The translations under genes were made by a program, and so were the position numbers. Positions 58,011-64,000 of a DNA stretch of 64,000 bases are shown piece after piece. The stretch spans positions 1,791,817 through 1,855,816 of the forward strand of contig CAJINV010000009.1 in NCBI GenBank assembly GCA_905178155.1. Direction: 5' to 3'. Each line of letters opens with the position of its first letter. The stretch's first letter is position 1. Under the pieces are notes generated by a model. That model was not told where the DNA came from and did not search any database. It worked only from the letters and a program-made list of their open reading frames with translations. Source of the stretch: Amoebophrya sp. A120 (taxonomy: Eukaryota > Protista > Dinoflagellata).

Positions 58011-61000
58011 TCACAGCTTCCGCCACGAAACCAGAAACGCGCAGAATACCATGACTGCACCGAAGGCGTAGGGCAATTGCGGCAGCCCTTCCTTCCGAAA
58101 GACCGCGTAGAGCAAGGCAAACATTACCGGACCCATGATCCGCCCCACCTGCCCCGCAGACTGCACAAAGCCCTGCGCGCGCCCGATCTGATCCTTCGGA
58201 GCATGTGTGCCCACCATAGAGGAGAGACAGGCCACGGCAGGGAAGGAGACACCGACTAGAACCTCTGCCACCATAGCGAGTGGAAAGCTGGGCACGTAGT
58301 ACAGGCTGGTCAGGATGCACATGTGCAGAAAATTGAGGAATAGGCCGACGCGAATGATTTTCCTATTGGAGAAGGTCAGCGACAGCGAAAACCTGGAGCG
58401 CGAAGGCGAGCTGGTTCGTGATGTCGTTTCACCAGCAGCTGTCGCACCAGCGCTGCTCGAGGGAGTAGAGGGAGTTCGACTTTGTTCCGAACGCGAGGAA
58501 CTAGAATCGCCACCCTTCTTCATGTCCGTGGGTAGAAACACTGCTATTATTGCGCTGACGACCGCTCCGGAGAGGCCCACCGCAAAGAACATAATCGCAG
58601 TATCTTTCGGCTTCAAATGTGCGAATTCCTGGAGATAGTAGATGGCTTGTTCCTGCACTCCCTGCGACGAGCAGCTCAGAATCGCGCGAATCAGGGCGGC
58701 ATACAGAATGATGTGGTTGAAGTCGAGCAGCGGTTGCGTGACCAATTCCGTGTAGATTTTCTGGGTCTGCTTCCGGAACGAGGCTAGCAACAGTGCAGCC
58801 CGTGCACCAGCTCCCACACCACGCGCGCGTGCCCTCGCCGACCACCTTGCCGCTGCTGCACTTGAGGACGAGGCAACGCTGGAAGCAGACGGGCTACTAA
58901 AGTTCGCAGCTGCTGGCGGAACTGCAGCTCCGGTCGAAACTACTTCGACGCCTCCAAAAGGCACCTCTGCATCTTCTGGGAGAGCCGAAGAAGTTCTGGC
59001 CGATGATGTTGTGCTGAACTCGAGGTCATCTACTTCGTAAGAACTCGTCTGCAGCGACGTAGTTAGTAGCGACGACCTAGCGCTAGTGCTACTTCCTCCC
59101 GCACTGGTGGTCGCGGAAGTTGTGCTATCATGTGTAAAACCTAGATTGGCCATCATCAGCGCGGGCTTTAATCCTCTGCGTTGATCATACTATGCCTCAT
59201 TTTTTTCAAGAACTCTATGCATGGTGGCCTTCGCGGCACTACAAATTGATGGCGAGGAGGACAGTCAAGATTTTACATATGGATATGCATCTGCGCCTCC
59301 TGTGTGAGATCCCGGGGAGGAGCCAGCGTGCCGCACTTCCGATGGGTCCACCTCTACTGACACACTACCACTAGTATCGACGAGAACGAGGGCCGCCGAG
59401 CTGTCTTCCACACGACTTGGCCGATCGTCCGGGAGAGTGCGGTAGCCTACCAGGACCGCAGCAAGCGCAAGCATAGCGTTGATTTTTAGCAGGAAGGTCA
59501 GGTCGCCGGTAGTGTGATCGACGACAAACACACCCAAGGAGGGGCCGACGCTGATTGAAACGGTGAGCAAAACAAAAAACGCGTTGAAGTTGCGCGTTAG
59601 GATCGCGTCCTGCTTCCGCTTGGTTTCCTGGGCTTCATCGTCGACGTCGCCCGAAGCTTTCTTTCTACCAAGTACAACTCCAGGTGCAGATGCCCCCGAG
59701 CCAAGACCTGGACTTCCGCTTTCAACAACAGAGACAGCCGACCCAGACGAGGGGTCCGCGGCAATCCCGAGGCTACCTTGCTCCTTTTCTGCAGCAGAGC
59801 CCGCTGCTACTACCTGCCGTCTTGACGAGACCGCACTGGTGGTGGCAGGTGGAGAAAAAGTGCCCTTTTGTTCTTTTCGACGTACTACGTCAGCCGTTGA
59901 CGCTTCCCACGACGACGAGACGCGGGTGACGGTATCTTCCGCTATGCTGTAGTCCAATGCGTCCTCGTCATCGTCCGCCTCGTGGTCGGCCTCCCCAGGT
60001 GATGACGTGTCCTTGCTTTTACTTCGTCTGCGCTCTAACGAAGTCGAGCTCTCGAACGAGTTGTACGCAAGCTCATCTTCATCCAATTCCGCGGCAGTGT
60101 CGTAACCGCTTGAGCTGCTCCCAGATGCGCTGTAGTTCTCCGCATGCTCCTCCGAAGATGTTTTTGACTGTTGCTGTTGGGCAGGGACGAGTCCGTGGTC
60201 TTTCTCTTCCATGGGAAAGGAAAATGTGGAAGTTTTTACAACAAGGACGTCATCCGCATTTTCCTCGTCGGATTCCGGATAATTCGCTTTCCCATGTCTA
60301 CTTGGTCGTTGACGAACGTCGGCGACTCTCTTACCGTCGACGAGCATGAGATTGCTTGTCCCGCTCGGGAGATAGTCGTCATCTACTGGACTTCCTAAGG
60401 ACAGCGAAACACTGTTCTGATCTTGTTGATCCCCCTGTAGTTCTCGTCCTCGTTGTGAGTCCTTCTCTGCTCCTGCGCCGCCCGTGGACAAATCGACAAG
60501 CGTTGCCTGTACCGGTGCCATTCCAAAAAATCCGTAGACCGCACCCACCGCGTTGAAAAACGCGAGGAAGGACGCGTAGAAGAAGAAGCACAGGTAAAGT
60601 ATCACGTCATCCGAAAAGTTGAAAAAGGAGCCGTAGGAGGTAGTCGAGAAACCTGAAGATCCACGACCTGAATCGTCTTGTGCGGCTTCAAGCGATGCGC
60701 TCGATGCTCGCTGTTGAGGTATGCGCCACTTCTCGTGCGCCCCAGCAATAGAAGCAGACCGCGCGGCTATCGAGAGCGCAGGGAGCAAGAAGGGGAACGC
60801 AGCGCTATTGCTACGCTCTCTTGCTGCCCCAGACAGGCCTCCTGAAATTTCTGCTGACGACAATCTTTCGAGATCATCGTGCCCTACTTGTAGTTCCTGC
60901 AATTGTTGAACTGGATCCGGCCACGACTGCGAGTCTGGTACAGCTAGGCTTTCTTGCCACGACCTTGTCGGGGGTATTCGCCCGGGCTCCTGGTACAACT

Positions 61001-61400
61001 GACCAGGCAAAGGCGATCCAGTTGTCCCTGCACTGGTGGTGTCGTATTGTTCCCAGCCCTTATCGTTCAGCACGTACCCGGCCATGACCGCGAGATTCGC
61101 CGCTGCGAGAAAGTTCACGATGGCAAAAGCGGACAAAACCCGTTTGCGGCCGTGGGTGTCCGTCCATTCCCCGATCTTGGGTCCGAAGTAGATCGAGGCG
61201 ACGCCGAAAACCGTGTCCAAAGTGGAGAAGAAAATGACCGTCAGCTGTGTACAGCTCGACTGCGTCGTGCACAGGTCCAGCTTCTGCATCAGCTTCACAC
61301 GAAAGTTCGGCAGAAGGGAGAGCGTCAAAAAGTCCGGCAACGCCGCCAAAAATACGAAGGCGGCGAAAAAAAATATTCGGGCGCGCGAAACTGCTGTCAT
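58011..61400 (-). CDS. Major facilitator superfamily transporter (DHA1/TetA/MFSD14-like) with very large loop insertions; canonical intron 59190-59276
   Basis: Motif A GPKIGEWTDTHGRKRVL, motif-C-like SVGPSLG, and C-terminal APKDQIGRAQGFVQSAGQVGRIMGPVMF. The GT-AG intron joins the two ORFs in phase 0. Confidence 0.88.
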
Positions 61401-61415
61401 TTTTTTGTTGCAAAA

Positions 61416-61930
61416 AACAAGAACCACCTGTTACGACGATATTACGCAGCCGCAAAGTCGTTGCCGACTATGTTGACGCTCTTTTAAATTCAAATCATTA
61501 TTTTTCATTTTTTCGTTTTGTTTCTTGGTGTGAAATATGTGAGGTCCTGTTGGAGGTGTTGAATGCAGCAAGATCGCGCTGGTCATTTTCATAAATGAAG
61601 TTGAAGACACCTCAAAACAGGTACGATATGCATTTGCGATTGTCCCTCACGCTCTCCTGTGCGCACTCTGGTGGCTTTCCTTGCAGCCTCGACCTCGAGG
61701 ACTCTCATGGTGACATGATAACCACAAAAATATGTCGTGGAAATGGAAGATATTCGGCATGCTGGAGGACTCCCACTCCGACTAAGTAGATGTCAGCAGT
61801 TTTGATGATTGATGTTTCAACAACTCCGAAAAACAAAAATCGAACAACAAACACACCACGAGGATGACAACGCACGCACTAGCTCTCTTCGTTGTCACGA
61901 CGAGGCAAGGCTCTGGCTTTTTGGGTTTTA
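61416..61930. repeat. Copy 1 of a ~500-bp direct repeat
   Basis: Colinear with 62997-63493 (e.g. ACGACGATATTACGCAGCCGCAAAGTCG; GAAGTTGAAGACACCTCAAAACAGGTACGATATGCATTTGCGATTGTC). Confidence 0.92.
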
Positions 61931-62349
61931 TCGTCCGCGCGCCCGCCGAGCCACAGCGGAGCGCGAGACACAGCCAGGCGCGCGCGGCACGGCGAGAGCA
62001 CAGCAGGAGAGCGGATGCGCGCGAGAGCGGGCGCACAGACACGCGCACAAGCGCGACACGGCGCACGCGAGAAGGCGCGCGCGCGACGCACGAGGAACGC
62101 GCACGCACGGAATGGCCAGACTCTTGACACATGCGGGGGGCGCCACATACACACACAGTCGAGGCACACGGCCGATGGCACATGAGGCGCCCGCGCGGTG
62201 ACGCAGCGGCGCGACGCCTGCACACACATGCGCGGCGACCTGGCTCGCCGCTACAGTGGAGCACGTTCGTCCTGATAGATATAGCGGCTGAAGGTAATGG
62301 CAAGCCGCGCGCATCTCTCTGACCACGCCGCGGCGGCATCAAAGGAAGG

Positions 62350-62580
62350 CTACCGCTTGTTCTGCCCCCCTTGTTCCATCTCCATCGCGTCGAGTTTGCC
62401 CTGCAGTTCGCGGATTTTGGCCTTGTATTTTCCGACCGTCTTCAGGTCTTTCCCCAACCACTTAATCCGCTGTCGTAACCTGTTCACGCATTCACTCACT
62501 CATTGTGCGAGGAGACTTACGCCGCGGCGGCATCAAAGGAAAACTCAGGCTGATGATAGAGCTTGATTTCTCCGCGAAAT
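62350..62580 (-). CDS. Small spliced coding fragment (exons ~62580-62521 and 62479-62350), gene or relic
   Basis: A 41-nt GTAAGT...AACAG intron gives EIKLYHQPEFSFDAAAALRQRIKWLGKDLKTVGKYKAKIRELQGKLDAMEMEQGGQNKR*. Confidence 0.45.
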
Positions 62581-62996
62581 AAGACGCGCGCGCGACGCGA
62601 GGGGAGCAGAGCGAGGAACGCGCACGACACACGCGCGAGGCACGACGAGCGAGGCAGACGAACGCACGCGGAGGCGCGCGCAGACGCACGCGAGCGCAGC
62701 ACAGAAGCGCGAGACGAGCGCCAGCACGCCGAGACGCGCAAGAAGTGCGCGCGCGAGACGAGGCGCGCACAAGCGAGAGCGCGGACGCACCGAGCCAGAC
62801 GGCGCGCAACAGCAAAGCGCCAGCGCAGCAACAGCGCTTTCTGCGCGCGCGTGCGAACGCCAGAACGAACGCGAGAGACGCGAGAGCACACGGGAACGCG
62901 GAACCGCCGACATTTCCTTTTACTTACTTCTCCCGGAAGCGGGGGCGACGTATCTATGTATACGTCGAAAGACAGGCCACAAACGCCTGCACTTGC

Positions 62997-63493
62997 AACA
63001 AGAGCCACCTGCTACGACGATATTACGCAGCCGCAAAGTCGATAGCGGCTACTTATGTTGACGCTCTTTTAAATCATAATTTTTTTCGTTTTGTTTCTTG
63101 AAGTGATGAAATATGTGAGGTCCTGTTCTTGGAGGTGTTGAATGCAGCAATATCGCGCTGCTCATTTTTATAGACGAAGTTGAAGACACCTCAAAACAGG
63201 TACGATATGCATTTGCGATTGTCGCTCACGCTCTCCTGTGCGCACTCTGGTGGCTACTTTCCTTGCAGCCTCGAGGCCTCTCGTGGTGACATGATAACCA
63301 CAAAAATGTGTCGTGGAAATGGAAGATATTTGGCATGCTGGAGGAGGTCTCCGACTAGATATCAGCAGTTTTGTTTCAACAACTCCGAAAAACAAAAATC
63401 GAACAACAAACACACCACGAAGATGACAACTCACGTTGGAGCTCTGTTCGTGGTCACGACGAGGCAAGGCTCTGGCTTTTATTTTTGGTTTTA
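62997..63493. repeat. Copy 2 of the ~500-bp direct repeat; a second ~75-bp module lies on both sides of it (62918-62996 and 63557-63640)
   Basis: TTTTACTTACTTCTCCCGGAAGCGGGGGCGA...TATACGTCGAAAGAC occurs twice. Confidence 0.9.
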
Positions 63494-63900
63494 TTTTTTT
63501 GCGTTTTTCACTTTTTTGGTAATGCCTCATCGTCATCGTGTTTGAAGATTTCTTTCACTTTACTTACTTCTCCCGGAAGCGGGGGCGAGGTATCTATACG
63601 TCGAAAGACGTGTAGCAGCACCTGCATTTACTTACAACAGGGGTATGCCAATTGCTAAAACTACATATCAACATCAAGTGGGAGTTTGTAGTATTTGTAG
63701 CTCGTGTATCTTCATCGGGGTAGGCGTTCATCTGTCTTGCTGTACAAAAATAGTAAGTAAGTAATGCAACAATAGCACAACAGTTTCATCAAGAAAGAGG
63801 TCAAAACAACAACAAGGCATGAGCGCAAATAACAGCAGTAGCATCGTCATTGGTGTTTTTGGTCCAGATGGAAGCAAAACTGCGAAACCCACCACGACCG

Positions 63901-64000
63901 AGCGCAACCCACCGCAACCCTCCGCAACCCTCCGCAACCCTCCACAACCCTCCGCAACCCACCGCAACCCTCCGCAACCCTCCGCAACCCTCCGCAACCC
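63901..64000. repeat. 10-bp minisatellite (TCCGCAACCC)n running off the window
   Basis: Ten consecutive units with few substitutions. Confidence 0.95.

Noticed and set aside
59175-59295. CGCAGA direct repeat around the MFS intron as an introner TSD
   Set aside because: Joining at it gives an immediate stop; the canonical GT-AG intron 59190-59276 restores frame.
1-64000. Numerous plus-strand ORFs in the six-frame track
   Set aside because: They are antisense shadows of GC-rich minus-strand genes or lie in low-complexity repeats; none has a recognisable domain.
1-64000. General reassignment of all stop codons
   Set aside because: ORFs of 600-1200 codons rich in Gln contain no TAA/TAG/TGA, and clear genes end at TAG or TGA; only two isolated TAGs are flagged.
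1-64000. Autonomous transposase, reverse transcriptase, tRNA or rRNA genes
   Set aside because: No DDE, RT or recombinase motifs in any ORF, and no RNA-gene signatures recognised by eye; a covariance-model scan was not possible.

Overview
Eukaryotic protist DNA, most consistent with a parasitic dinoflagellate of the Amoebophrya/Syndiniales type. This is an inference from three things: every credible gene lies on the minus strand over 64 kb, the proteins are inflated with low-complexity insertions, and non-canonical introns are abundant. Recognisable genes: a catalytically degenerate kinesin-3-like protein (motor relic plus FHA), an LxxGQ heptad-repeat membrane protein, an ankyrin/coiled-coil protein, a SMYD-like SET protein, a CCCH zinc-finger protein, a STIL/SAS-5-like centriole protein, a RING-HC protein, an SPKK-tail protein and an MFS transporter. 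The main signal is that the broken ORFs join exactly in frame when transposon-shaped inserts are removed together with one copy of their flanking direct repeat. At least 8 inserts (plus 2 weaker ones) belong to a family with TAT...ATA termini, 5-bp target-site duplications, terminal inverted repeats and a sense-oriented TGTCATGCA motif. One further 781-bp insert has 26-bp TIRs and a 9-bp TSD (Mutator-like). None of these 9 can be read as GT-AG in any register, so they look like introner-type MITEs removed by non-canonical splicing. Also notable: a ~1-kb array of covarying ~37-bp palindromes inside a 2.1-kb canonical intron, and two lone in-frame TAG codons inside otherwise continuous reading frames. 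All gene models are hand-built from sequence only, with no transcript evidence.
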